From Hemiscyllium ocellatum (lineage: Eukaryota): DNA of 64,000 nt. The position numbers and the translations under genes are program-made. Below are positions 35,177 to 46,344 of this stretch, in pieces (the stretch's first letter is position 1; each line of letters starts with the position of its first letter). Where the stretch lies: positions 2,891,905-2,955,904 of the forward strand of contig NC_083435.1 in NCBI RefSeq assembly GCF_020745735.1. Reading direction: 5' to 3'. The notes under the pieces were generated by a model. That model had not been told where the DNA came from. It searched no databases and was given only the letters and a program-made list of their open reading frames with translations.

Positions 35177-35989
35177 GTTACACTGCAGGGTATCATGCTG
35201 AAGTCCCTGGGTCCTCCTGAGGAAGGAGAGACCTTGTTGTGCTTCTTAACATCTCCATGGGTAACCCAGGACAGGCTGTCAGTTACTGTCACTCCGGGGA
35301 CGTTGACACTGCCCACCCCTCTCCACCTCTGCTTCCCAAGACTTTGCCTGCAGACCTCATTGAACAATGCGTGAATAACGAAACAGCTAAAATATGAAAC
35401 CACAAACTGTGACTGAGGGTAAGATATAACCCCTGGCTGGTGGGGAATGGTGTCAGGTGGCTAAGTCTGAAATGAGATGCTTAACCTCCAGGCTGCTCCA
35501 GACCCTGTTGGAACAAATTCGCGGTTCTTCTCCCAAGGGTGATGATTACAATCTGCAGATTTCTCTGGTCCTTGGGCTAAACTATTTTTATTTCTGTTCT
35601 AGGTGCCTCAGTGATGGGTGGAGAGAAGGGGAGGGGGTTCAGCTGATCCCCTCAGCTCTGACCAGCTGATTTTCGATGATGCCGCAGCACTCCAAGCTTT
35701 TCCTGTTTCGTTTTGTGTGTGTGTGTGTTTTTTAATCCGCGTGCGTTTGCGAGCAGCTTGGTAGACATGGTAGGCAGTTTCTGAACAGATCGTGTAAATA
35801 ATACTCTGAAATTTGCATTGAAGGTTGAAATTACTGGTTAAAAATCACTGGGGGGGGGGGGTGGGGGTGCTCAGTAGTCAGTCTCTTTCCCCTCTGCTTT
35901 GAAAACACTCTGTTGGGAAGGCAACATTTCTGTACATTCTAGTGATGCTGTAAACGTACAATGGGATATTGCTCTGAGATGTCTGTATA

Positions 35990-36265
35990 CATGAGAGAGA
36001 CACTGTAAACATACAGCCGAATATGGCCCCGAGATCTCGGTTTATATTGTAGAGACTCTGTAAACACACAGTGGGAATATCACCCTGTGGTCTCTATGTT
36101 AGAGACTCTGTAAACACACAGTGGGAATATCACCCTGTGGTCTCTATGTTAGAGACTCTGCAAACATAGAGTGGGAATGTTGCCCTGCGATCTGTTATAG
36201 AGACACTGTAAATATACAGCAGGACTATGTGCATATGATGGAGACTCTGTATAAACACACAGTGG
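35990..36265 (+). repeat. Degenerate 50-bp tandem repeat, ~5-6 copies
   Basis: AGAGACTCTGTAAACACACAGTGGGAATATCACCCTGTGGTCTCTATGTT at 36051 and 36101, with diverged neighbours. Confidence 0.8.
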
Positions 36266-36337
36266 GATGACTTTGGTTCTTTCGCGTGAACTCAGGGAAA
36301 ACTATTTTAAGGACACTGCACTAATGGTAATTGTGCT

Positions 36338-38007
36338 CAAAGTTTGTGCGAAGATTTGTAGCTCGGGTGCTCATTGTTGTGGTTCTGTTCGCCGAGCTGG
36401 AAGTTTTTGTTGCAAACGTTTCGTCCCCTGGCTAGGAGACATCTTCAGTGCACTGGAGCCTCCTGCGAAGCGCTTCTTTGATGTTTCTTCCAGTATTTAT
36501 AGTGGTCTGTCCTTGCCGCTTCCGGGTGTCAGTTTCAGCTGTCCGCTGTAGTGGTTGGTATATTGAGTCCAGGTCGGTGTGTTTGTTGATGGAGTTTGTG
36601 GATGAATGCCATGCCTCTAGGAATTCCCTGGCTGTTCTCTGTCTGGCTTGCCCTATGATAGTAGTGTTTTCCCAGTCGAATTCATGTTGCTTGTTGTCTG
36701 AGTGTGTGGCTACTAGGGATAGCTGGTCGTGTCTTTTCGTGGCTAGTTGGATAGCCACTATAAATGCCGGAAGAAACATCAAAGATTCCCCATGGTAGGC
36801 TAATGCTAAAACTACGGAGGTATGGCATTGAGGATACATTAGAGGTTTGGATTAGGAATTGGCTGGCTGGAAGGAGACAGAGGGTAGTAGTTGATGGATT
36901 ATGTTCATCTTGGAGCGCAGTTACTAGCGGTGTACCACAAGGATCTGTTTTGGGACCATTGCTTTTTGTTATCTTTATAAATGATCTAGAGGAAGGACTT
37001 GAAAGCTGGGTAAGCAAGTTTGCAGATGACACAAAAGTCGGTGGAGTTGTGGATAGTGAGGAAGGAAGTGGTAGGTTACAGCGGGATATAGATAAGTTGC
37101 AGAGCTGGGCGGAAATGTGGCAAATGGAATTCAATGTAGCTAAGTGCGAAGTCGTTCACTTTGGTAGGAATAACAAGATGATGGATTACTGGGCTAATGG
37201 TAGGCTACTTGGTAGTGTGGATGAGCAGAGGGATCTTGGTGTCCATGTACACAGATCTCTGAAAGTTGCCACCCAGGTAAATAGTGCTGTGAGGAAGGCA
37301 TATGGTGTACTGGGCTTTATTGGCAGAGGAATTGAGTTCCGGAGTCCTGAGGTCATGTTGCAGTTGTATAAGACTCTGGTGAGGCCTCATCTGGAGTATT
37401 GTGTGCAGTTTTGGTCGCCATACTATAGGAAGGATGTGGAAGCTTTAGAACGGGTGCAGAGGAGGTTTACCAGGATGTTGCCTGGAATGGTAGGAAAATC
37501 TTATGAGGAAAGGCTGAGGCACTTGGGGCTGTTCTCATTGGAGAAGAGAAGGTTTAGGGGAGATCTGATAGAAGTGTATAAGATGATTAGGGGTTTAGAT
37601 AGGGTAGATACTAAGAACCTTTTACCGCTAATGGAGTCAGGTGTTACTAGGGGACATAGCTTTAAATTAAGGGGTGGTAGGTATAGGACAGATGTTAGAG
37701 GTAGATTCTTCACACAGCGGGTTGTGAGTTCATGGAATGCCCTGCCTGTATCAGTGGTGAACTCTCCTTCTTTATGGTCATTTAAGCGGGCATTGGATAG
37801 GCATTTGGAAGTTATTGGGCTAGTATAGGTTAGGTAGGATTCGGTCGGCGCAACATCGAGGGCCGAAGGGCCTGTACTGCGCTGTATCCTTCTATGTTCT
37901 ATGTTCTAAGCGCTTCGCAGGAGGCTCCAAAGCACTGATGATGTCTCCTAGCCAGGGGACGAAACGTTTGCAACAAAAACTTCCAGCTCGGCGAACAGAA
38001 CCACTAC
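36338..38007. mobile_element. Penelope-like element (same family as 29406-30532) with inverted arms and 12-bp TSD; CR1 nested in right arm
   Basis: TSD GGTAATTGTGCT at 36326-36337 and 38008-38019. Hammerhead motifs at 36411-36452(-) and 37932-37972(+, CTGATGA core). Confidence 0.88.
36786..37908 (+). mobile_element. 5'-truncated CR1/HER1-like LINE with uninterrupted RT C-terminal ORF
   Basis: ORF to 37828 (GVPQGSVLGP..KFADD..RPHLEYCVQFWSP), (TTCTATG)n tail. Its 3' end GGGCCGAAGGGCCTGT is shared with the SINE tails. It splits the Penelope sequence AAAGA|AGCGCTT. Confidence 0.93.
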
Positions 38008-39114
38008 GGTAATTGTGCTGTTCAGAGCCTCGGTCAGATGTGATTATCTACGAGCACTCTATCCCTTTCACCTTTGGATTGTGGGTCGTTTTCTGACTTT
38101 GTGACTTTGTAAAGCAGAGACCTGCCTTGCTAGGAGAGAGGGTAATGGGAAGGGAAGCAGTGACCTCTCCAGACCCTCTCCCCAACAGCAGGACGCTGTT
38201 TACAGTCCCACGTCAGGGCAGGGAGCTGGATTCTGAAGTCATTCAAACCACAGATCTGTGGAGAAAGACAGACGGTGACCTTTCACCAAGACGACCCCTC
38301 AGTTTGTGTTCCCCTGAAGGTTCGGGTCATCCACATGATAAGTTTGAATTGTGATTGCATTTTGTTCACCTCCCAGCGTCCGATCCGAGAGAGGGGTTTA
38401 ATTGTTCTGTTGAGCAGCCAGTTTGGGGGACGCTTACCTGTTGATGCCTTTGACGGTTCCCTGACGATTCCCGAATCCTTTGCCGTCTATTCCCGTTTCT
38501 GGCCGTCTCTAGGCGGATTTATTTGGAAAAGTTGCCTGTGTAGACTTTTCAATCGCGTACACCAATGAGCAAGTCGGTTTTATTTGGAAATTAAAAGTTT
38601 TTCTTCCTCCTCAGTCTGTGTCTCATGATCTGCAGGAGGCCCACTTGACGATAGATTCCAACAGCATTTCACCCCTGACCGAGGTCAGGGAGGGAGAAAG
38701 TTACCGTAGACTTCCAACAGTATTACTCTTTGTTCAGAACAAGGCAGGGTGTTGTTGGAGGTGGGGAGGGGGGGAGCTGAATGGAGGACGGAGAAATCTT
38801 GGATAGTGCTTATGAGATTTCAGTGATCGGGATCTTGCTGTGCGGGGTGGGAGGGGGACAATTCCCAAGTTTGCAGCTGACACCAGACTAGGGGAGGATT
38901 GTAAACCATGAGGGGGGGGGGGGGGGAAACAGTGCAGGACTCTGAAAGGACATTGACAAGTTGGGGTTGGGGGGGAGTGGAGGGGGAGCGAGGGGGCAGA
39001 TGGGGTTCAGTGCAGGGAAGGGGGAGGGGATGCACTTTGGTGGGAAGGGTCAATATAAAATGGGGAGGGGGCAATTCTACAGGGGGTGGGGCAGGAGCAG
39101 GGGGAGCGGGGGGG

Positions 39115-39800
39115 TAAATGTGCACAGATCACTGAAGGTGGGGGGACAGGGAGAGGGGGCAGTGAGTAAAGCACACAGTGCCCTCGGGTTTATTAACAGG
39201 GGCACAGAGTACAAGAGCAAGGGGCTGATGCTGAACCTGTCCCAGCCCCTTGTTAGACCCCAGCTGGAGGATTGTGTCCAGGTGTGGGCCCCACATTATC
39301 GGGAAGATGGGGAACACGTCGGAGAGAGAGGGAAGGAGCGATTTACAAGGACGGATCCAGGGATGGGGAAAGGTCAGCGATGAGGAGAGATGGAAGAGGG
39401 TGGGAGTGTTCTCTCTGGGAGAGAATGGGGCTGGGAGAGGGAGATCTGAGACAGGTTTTCATAATCCCGAGGGGGGGGGGCTGGACAGAGGAGGGAGGGA
39501 GAAGCTGTTCCCACTCGGAAAAGGAACAGGAACGAGAGGGGGGTTAGATTTAAAGGGATGTACAAATGGAGGGAGGGTGAAGTGAGGGAGAGAGTTTCTC
39601 ACCCAGCGGGTAGTGAGGGTGGGGAATGTACTGCCTGGGAATGGAGGGGGAGGGGGCAGGTTCAACTGAGGCATTCCTGAGGGACAGAGGATGGAAATGG
39701 GGGGGATAGGGGTGGGAAGGGCAGGAGACTGGGCCCTGGGGGATAGAAGCAGGTCAGGAACGATGGGCTGAATGGCCTCGTGCTGTACTGTAAGAGCCCC
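39115..39800 (+). mobile_element. Degraded CR1 LINE 3' fragment
   Basis: HRSLKVGGQ..KAHSALGFINRGTEYKSK..VRPQLEDCVQVWAPHYR in ORF 38961-39383. Confidence 0.8.
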
Positions 39801-39859
39801 ATGATGTTTCTCTATCTCTTTTGAATTGTCATGTTTTAAAAACTATTCACAATCAGAAT

Positions 39860-40960
39860 TCTTACAGACTATTCAGCCCATCGAGTCCACACTGTGTCTC
39901 CGAAGAGCATCCCACCCAGACCCATTCCCCTGCCCTATCCCTGTAACCCTGCATTTCCCACAGCCAACCCACCCTAACCTGCACATCCCTGGGCACTATG
40001 GGACAATTTCCCATGGCCAACCCACCCTAACCTACACATCCCTGGGCGCTATGGGACAATTTCCCATGGCCAACCCACCCTAACCTGCACATCCCTGGGC
40101 GCTATGGGACAATTTCCCACGGCCAATCCACCCTAACCTGCACATCCCTGGGCACTATGGGACAATTCCCCATGGCCAATCCACCCTAACCCGCATATCC
40201 CTGGGCACTATGGGACAATTTCCCATGGCCAATCCACCCTAACCCGCATATCCCTGGGCACTATGGGACAATTTCCCATGGCCAATCCACCCTAACCTAC
40301 ACATCCCTGGGCGCTATGGGACAATTCCCCATGGCCAATCCACACTAACCTGCACATCCCTGGACACTATGGGACAATTTCCCATGGCCAATCCACCCTA
40401 ACCTGCACATCCCTGGGCACTATGGGACAATTTCCCATGGCCAATCCACACTAACCTGCACATCCCTGGACACTATGGGACAATTTCCCATGGCCAATCC
40501 ACACTAACCTGCACATCCCTGGACACTATGGGACAATTTCCCATGGCCAATCCACCCTAACCTGCACATCCCTGGGCACTATGGGACAATTTCCCATGGC
40601 CAATCCACCCTAACCTGCACATCCCTGGGCACTATGGGACAATTCCCCATGGCCAATCCACACTAACCTGCACATCCCTGGACACTATGGGACAATTTCC
40701 CATGGCCAACCCACCCGAACCTGCACATCCCTGGACACTATGGGACAATTTCCCACGGCCAATCCACCCTAACCTGCACATCCCTGGGCACTATGGGACA
40801 ATTTCCCACGGCCAATCCACCCTAACCTGCACATCCCTGGACACTATGGGACAATTTCCCACGGCCAATCCACCCTAACCTGCACATCCCTGGGCACTAT
40901 GGGACAATTTCCCATGGCCAATCCACCCTAACCTGCACATCCCTGGACCGTGGGAGGAAA
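39860..40960 (-). mobile_element. HE1-like SINE fragment with internal 53-bp tandem array (~39975-40945, ~18 copies)
   Basis: Same 53-bp unit as 18530-19150, flanked by SINE tail (GAAGAGCATCCCACCCAGACCCATTCCC) and core (GTGGGAGGAAACC). Confidence 0.8.
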
Positions 40961-41271
40961 CCCACCCAGACACTTGCTTTGGGTTGAGTTGAACCAACTG
41001 AGCAAGCTCCAACCTGAGCAGGAAGAGCTACCTGTGTGCTCAGGACAGAATGCAGGAGGAATAACCCTGACAGTGAGGTCAAGGTCATTGAGTCAGAGGG
41101 GGAAGAGGGGGAGGGCTAGAGAGAGATCGTCGAACAGGATCTTCACGTGGTGCACTGTCATCTCCCATCTTCCTCAAGATCCCTTGTTGCCGTGACAGTC
41201 AGAGAGAAGGGGAGCTCCTCCAGCTTGGACAACCAGGTTCGACTTCGGACTCTTACCAACGTCCTTTCGAT

Positions 41272-41720
41272 TCACTCACCGGATGTGGCCGTCTCTGCCT
41301 GGGCCCAGCATTTCCTGCCCCCTGTCCCTAGTTGACCCCCTTGAGAAGGTGGGAGTGAGATGCATTTACTGCCCCCTGTCCCTAGTTGCCCCCCTTGAGA
41401 AGGTGGGGGTGAGCTGCATTTACTGCCCCTGTCCCTAGTTGCCCCCCCTTGAGAAGGTGGGGGTGAGCTGCCTTCTTGAACCGCTGCAGTCCATGTGCTG
41501 TGGGCAGACCCACAATGTCCCTTAGGGAGGGAATTCCAGGATTGGGACCCAGCCACACTGAAGGAACGGCTGATATATTTCCAAGTCGGGATAGGGAGGG
41601 GCTCGGAGGGGAACTTGCAGGGGGTGGGGTTCCCATGGATCTGCTGCCCCTTGACCTTCTGGCTGGAAGTGGCCGTGGGTTTGGAAGGTGCTGTGTGAGG
41701 GGTTGATCAGGCCTTTCGAC
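41272..41720 (-). mobile_element. L2/CR1-clade LINE 3' end with locally triplicated ~60-bp tail segment
   Basis: - strand reads TAHGLQRFKKAAHPHLL. Three copies of CCCCTGTCCCTAGTTGCCCCCCTTGAGAAGGTGGG at 41318-41465. Confidence 0.65.
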
Positions 41721-42189
41721 ATAAATTGCTCAGGGATGGACTGGCACCTTCAGATCTTGTTTGAATCTCTCCCCACCACCTGTTTTTTGACAATCGCACC
41801 AGGAAAGGCCATTCAGCCCCTCGAGTCTGACCCACCCTGTGATTAGAGCTGCATAATTCAATCAGCCTGCCTCATCTAGAAACATAGAAGACAGGAGCAG
41901 GTGGAGGCCACTCAACCCTTTGAGCTCTGCTATCCAATAGACTGATGACTGAGCTCAATATCCCAATCCCACCCTTCCCCCATATCCCTTGATCCCTTTC
42001 ACCTTAAGAACTATATCCACCTCCTTCTTGGAAACATTCCATGTTTTGTCCTTCCCCCCTCCAGGTCTGCGCTGCCCTCTCCAGGTCATCAGGAACCCCC
42101 TGCCTGTGTTCACGCCGGTTAGCATTATGAGAGAACGGGAGAAAATCCCTTTAACTGAATGTGCCTTTGCCAAGGGCGTGTTCATGGAT

Positions 42190-42438
42190 ATTGCAAGTTA
42201 CTGTTCTGGAGTTAAATAACCCATTATTCTGTTACGTTTTACAATAGAGTCAAAGTTATACCAATTCTGGGTTTATTGTATTTGAAATATAGAGTAAGAA
42301 TAAAGTATGTTTTGCTTAAAGCCGAGTGGTGTAACCAATCGAACGACATCTGGAACACAACACCTTACAAATGCCTTTAAATAAGGTGAAGGTTGGGGTC
42401 ATTTACATTTGGGGGAGGGGTTGGTCTGCTCTCTAACA
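42190..42438 (+). mobile_element. Possible LTR 3' fragment
   Basis: AATAAA at 42299-42304 and a ..TAACA end. It resembles LTRs I recall from shark genomes (recognition only) and lies near the Gypsy integrase relic. Confidence 0.35.
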
Positions 42439-42844
42439 CACGGGGGGCTCCTGTCAGTAATATTAGGATCTGGGCATGACCTTTTACCCATGCCCTTTAC
42501 CTACCCTCACACCCCAGGGCCTTGTTGTGATCACACGGGCAGAGCCAGACCATTCTCACCCCCTGACGCTCCCATTAGCAGCTTCTCAATTCTCCCCAAC
42601 TCACCCCTTTGTCTGCCTGCCCACTGTTTGTGCTCTCTCTCTCTCTCCACTCGGGAGTAAATCTCCATCCATCATTCACTTCCCACCCCCAATTCCCAGG
42701 GTAAATACCACCTTTTCCTAGCTACAGTCACCCAAAATATTGGTTCTGCCTTCTCTCTGCTAATGTTGCCAGACCTGCTGAGTTTCTCCAGCTATTTCTG
42801 TTTTGGTTGTAAGGATTTGGCTTTTTAGTTCAGTGACATCCCCC

Positions 42845-43240
42845 TCATTGATGTTGAAGAAACTCTAACCTCACAATCATGCATCAGTTCAAACAGATTA
42901 AATCCAGTTGATCCGATAGGGAAATCCCTGATATCAGTCAGTCAGAAATGTCATCCTTTTCCCGAATCCTGTCGGTAACTGGGTCAGTGTGCCCTAACCA
43001 TGGGGAACAAAGTCTGATGGCACCTCTACAAAGCTCCTTGTGTTTACAGTTGATACAGTTTTATACCCAAACTGCTCATGGATTCCTGGAAATGTTTGGA
43101 TAACCAGTCTGAATACAGTCGTAACTTCATCCCAATGGCAGTCCATATCGAGTAAAAACCTATCAATGTTTCTGCCATTACCCAAGCTCTAATTGTTTTG
43201 AAAAGACTAGTTTCTAGAAATTGGATTTAGACTGATGACC
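42845..43240 (-). mobile_element. Decayed Gypsy/Ty3 integrase fragment
   Basis: Hand translation across stops and frameshifts: ..KHFQESMSSLGIK..QGAL*RCHQTL..MVRAH..IRD..STGFNLFEL..EVR, matching the Gypsy integrase pattern FQEVMxSLGIK..QGALERWHQTL..STGFSPFEL..EVRGP. Confidence 0.7.
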
Positions 43241-43279
43241 TGTTTGCGTTTCTGGACGTGGCCGTACAGAATTGAGGGC

Positions 43280-43610
43280 AGCACGGAGGCTCAGTGGTTA
43301 GCACTGCTCCCTCACAACGCCAGGTTCAATCCCAGCCTCAGGCAGACAGGCGGTCTGGGTGGAGTTTGCACGTTCTCCCAGTTTCTGCGTGGGTTTCCTC
43401 TGGGTGCTCCAGTTTCCTCCCACAATCCAAACATGTGCAGGTTCGGGTGAATTGGCTATGCTAAGCTGTACATAGTGTTAGGTGCATTAGTCAGGGGTAA
43501 ATGGGGGGGAATGGGACTGGGTGGGTTACTCTTCGGAGGGTTGGTGTGGACTTGTTGGGCTGAAGGGCCTGTTTCCATACCATAGGGAATCTATTCTAAT
43601 CCAATCCACT
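43280..43610 (+). mobile_element. Older, diverged HE1-like V-SINE
   Basis: GGCAGCACGGAGGCTCAGTGGTTAGCACTG, GGTTCAATCCC, GGAGTTTGCACGTTCTCCC core, GAAGGGCCTGTTTCC tail. Confidence 0.8.
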
Positions 43611-43646
43611 AATACTAGACTGAGGAGTTCTTTAGAATCTAGAAGT

Positions 43647-43961
43647 GGGCGGCACGGTGGCACAGTGGTTAGCACTGCTGCCTCACAGCGCCTGTAGACC
43701 CGGGTTCAATTCCCGACTCAGGCGACTGACTGTGTGGAGTTTGCACGTTCTCCCCGTGTCTGCGTGGGTTTCCTCCGGGTGCTCCGGTTTCCTCTCTCAG
43801 TCCAAAGATGTGCGGGTCAGGTGAATTGGCCATGCTAAATTGCCTGTAGTGTTAGGTAAGGGGTAAATGTAGGGGTATGGGTGGGTTGCGCTTCGGCGGG
43901 TCGGTGTGGACTTGTTGGGCCGAAGGGCCTGTTTCCACACTGTAAGTCTAATCTAGTCTAA
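43647..43961 (+). mobile_element. Full-length HE1-like V-SINE
   Basis: A box TGGCACAGTGG, B box GGTTCAATTCC, V-core GTGGAGTTTGCACGTTCTCCCCGTGTCTGCGTGGGTTTCCTCCGGGTGCTCCGGTTTCC, TCTAA tail. Confidence 0.93.
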
Positions 43962-43974
43962 GAGGTAGCAAAGC

Positions 43975-45150
43975 TGCCTGTCTGATTACATAGAGTCACA
44001 GAGACGTACAGCACGGAAACAGACCCTTCGGCCCAACCCGTCCATGCCGACCAGATATCCCAACCCAATCTAGTCCCACCTGCCAGCACCCGGCCCATAT
44101 CCCTCCAAACCCTTCCTACTCATATCCCCATCCAGATGCCTCTTAAATGTTGTAATTGTACCAGTCTCCACCACATCCTCTGGCAGCTCATTCCATACAC
44201 GTACCACTCTCTGCGTGAAAATATTGCCTCTTAGGTTCCTTTTATATCTTTCCCCTCTCACCCTAAACCTATGCCCTCTAGTTCTGGACTCCACGACCCC
44301 AGGGAAAAGACTTTGTCTATTTATCCTATCCATGCCCCTCATAATTTTATAAACCTCTATAAGGTCACCCCTCAGCCTCCGACGTTCCAGGGAAAACAGC
44401 CCCAGCCTGTTCAGCCTCTCCCTGTAGCTCAGACCCTCCAATCCTCTAAACCCTTTGAAATTTCACAACATCTTTCCGATAGGAAGGAGACCAGAATTAC
44501 ATAAAATATTCCAACAGTGGCCTAACCAATGTCCTGTACAGCTGCAACATGACCTCCCAACTCCTGTACTCAATACTCTGACCAATAAAGGAAAGCATAC
44601 CAAACACCGCCTTCACTATCCTATCTACCTGCGACTCCACTTTCAAGGAGTTGTGAACCTGCACTCCAAGGTCTCTTTGTTCAGCAACACTCCCTAGCAC
44701 CTTACCATGAAGTGTATAAGCCCTGCCCTGATTTATCTAAATTAAACTCCATCTGCCACTCCTCAACCAATTGGATCTCAGTCCCATTGTATTCTTGAGA
44801 TAAACTTCTCACTGCCCACCAGGCCACTAATTTTGGTGTCATCTGTAAACTTACTGACATACCTCCTGGTCACAGACCTCCAGTCTGAAAAATAACCCTC
44901 TACCACCATCCTCTGACTTGTACCTTCCAGTCAATTTTGTATCCAAATGGCTTGTTCTCCCTGTATTCGTGTGACCTAACTTTGCTGACCAGTCTCCCAT
45001 GGGGAAACCTTGTCAAACACCTCACTGGACAACATCTGCCACTCTGCACTCCTCAATCTTTCTGGTCACCCCTTCAAAACACTCAATCAAGTTACAGACA
45101 TGATTTCCCATGCTGACTATCCCTAATCAGTCCTTGCCTTTCCAAATGCA
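43975..45150 (-). mobile_element. CR1 LINE 3' fragment(s)
   Basis: ORFs 44070-44441 (GLFSLERRRLRGDLIEVYK..RTRGH) and 44497-44700 (EQRDLGVQVHNSLKV..LYRTLVRP). Confidence 0.85.
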
Positions 45151-45871
45151 TATAAATCCTGGTGGGTAAGTGCCGGGCAACTGGAAGCTCAGGGTCATTC
45201 TCGAGAAAGGACCCTTGTTCAGCAAAGCCAACGTGCATTCGGTCTCACCAGTGTAGAGGAGACTACATAACGAGCCGCGAATCTAGCAGATCACACTAAT
45301 CTACAATGTTCCATGATGGCTCCACAAAGAGTGTGGGGGGTAACACAGGAATATTTAAACGAATAGCAGGAAAACGTTCAGCAACTGGAATATTTCCAGT
45401 GGGAGTGGGAGGAATTGGAGATTCCCTGCAGTGTGGAAACAGGCCCTTCGGCCCAACTAGTCCACACCGACCCTCCGAAGAGCATCCCACCCAGACCCAT
45501 TCCCCTAACCATTCAGGGGAGTTCAGGGACCAATGCCTTTGTGAGGGGAACCTACACAGTCGTTAGAAATACAATCCCTCTGATAAATACTGCCGAGGTT
45601 AGGAAGCAGAGTCGATGTGTCACTGATCCGCGCTGAAAGGGTATACATCACAGGGAAGAAGATAAGGAGGAGCAAGTGTGTGAGGTGGGATAGTGGAGGG
45701 TGACGGAGATGCTGGGAGTGAGGATAGAGGGGAAACTCCTACAACACACCTCACTGACACAGAGGGACTGGGACAGTATCGGAATGTTTTGCAGACAGAG
45801 CGTAGGTGCTCTGTGGAGGGGTCCACCGGTAGACTTACCCTGAGCTTTCAGATCCCCCCCACCCCGTTCCC

Positions 45872-46140
45872 TGGCTAACATCCCCGCCCCCCCCCGGCTA
45901 ACATCCCCGCCCCCCCCGGCTAACATCCCCGCACCCCATGGCTAACATCCCCGCACCACCCCCCCGGCAAACATCCCCGCCCCCCCATGGCTAACATCCC
46001 CGCCCCCCCCCGGCAAACATCCCCGCCCCCCCGGCTAACACCCCCGCCCCCCCCCCGGCTAACACCCCCGCCCCCCCCCGGCTAACATCCCCACCCCCCC
46101 CTGGCTAACATCCCCGCCCCCCCTGGCTAACATCCCTGCC
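45872..46140 (+). repeat. ~22-bp C-rich tandem repeat
   Basis: GGCTAACATCCCCG(C)n, about 12 copies. Confidence 0.9.
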
Positions 46141-46344
46141 CCATGCTTATTGCAGTGCCCCACTGAAGCTGAGTGTAAGCTGGAAGTACAGCATCTCATT
46201 TCCTACCTGGGGGACCTCACAGCCTTCAGGACTCAATACCGACATCAATAAACTGAGGGCTTGAGCTCTCCCACGTCCTTAGCCCAAGCCCTTTACATCA
46301 GGCTCTGTTATCACGCAGTTGTCTGCTGCTACACACTGGTGAGA

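Noticed and set aside
35539-35646. Possible C/D snoRNA (GTGATGA ... CTGA)
   Set aside because: No convincing terminal stem, C'/D' boxes or recognisable rRNA guide, and no host intron is evident.
41270-41285. Strong - strand donor CCG|GTGAGT suggesting an exon
   Set aside because: It is the 3' tail of the L2/CR1-clade LINE, and flanking frames are closed by stops.
43647-43720. tRNA gene (A and B boxes)
   Set aside because: It is the tRNA-derived head of a V-SINE that continues into the SINE core and LINE-like tail; no full cloverleaf.
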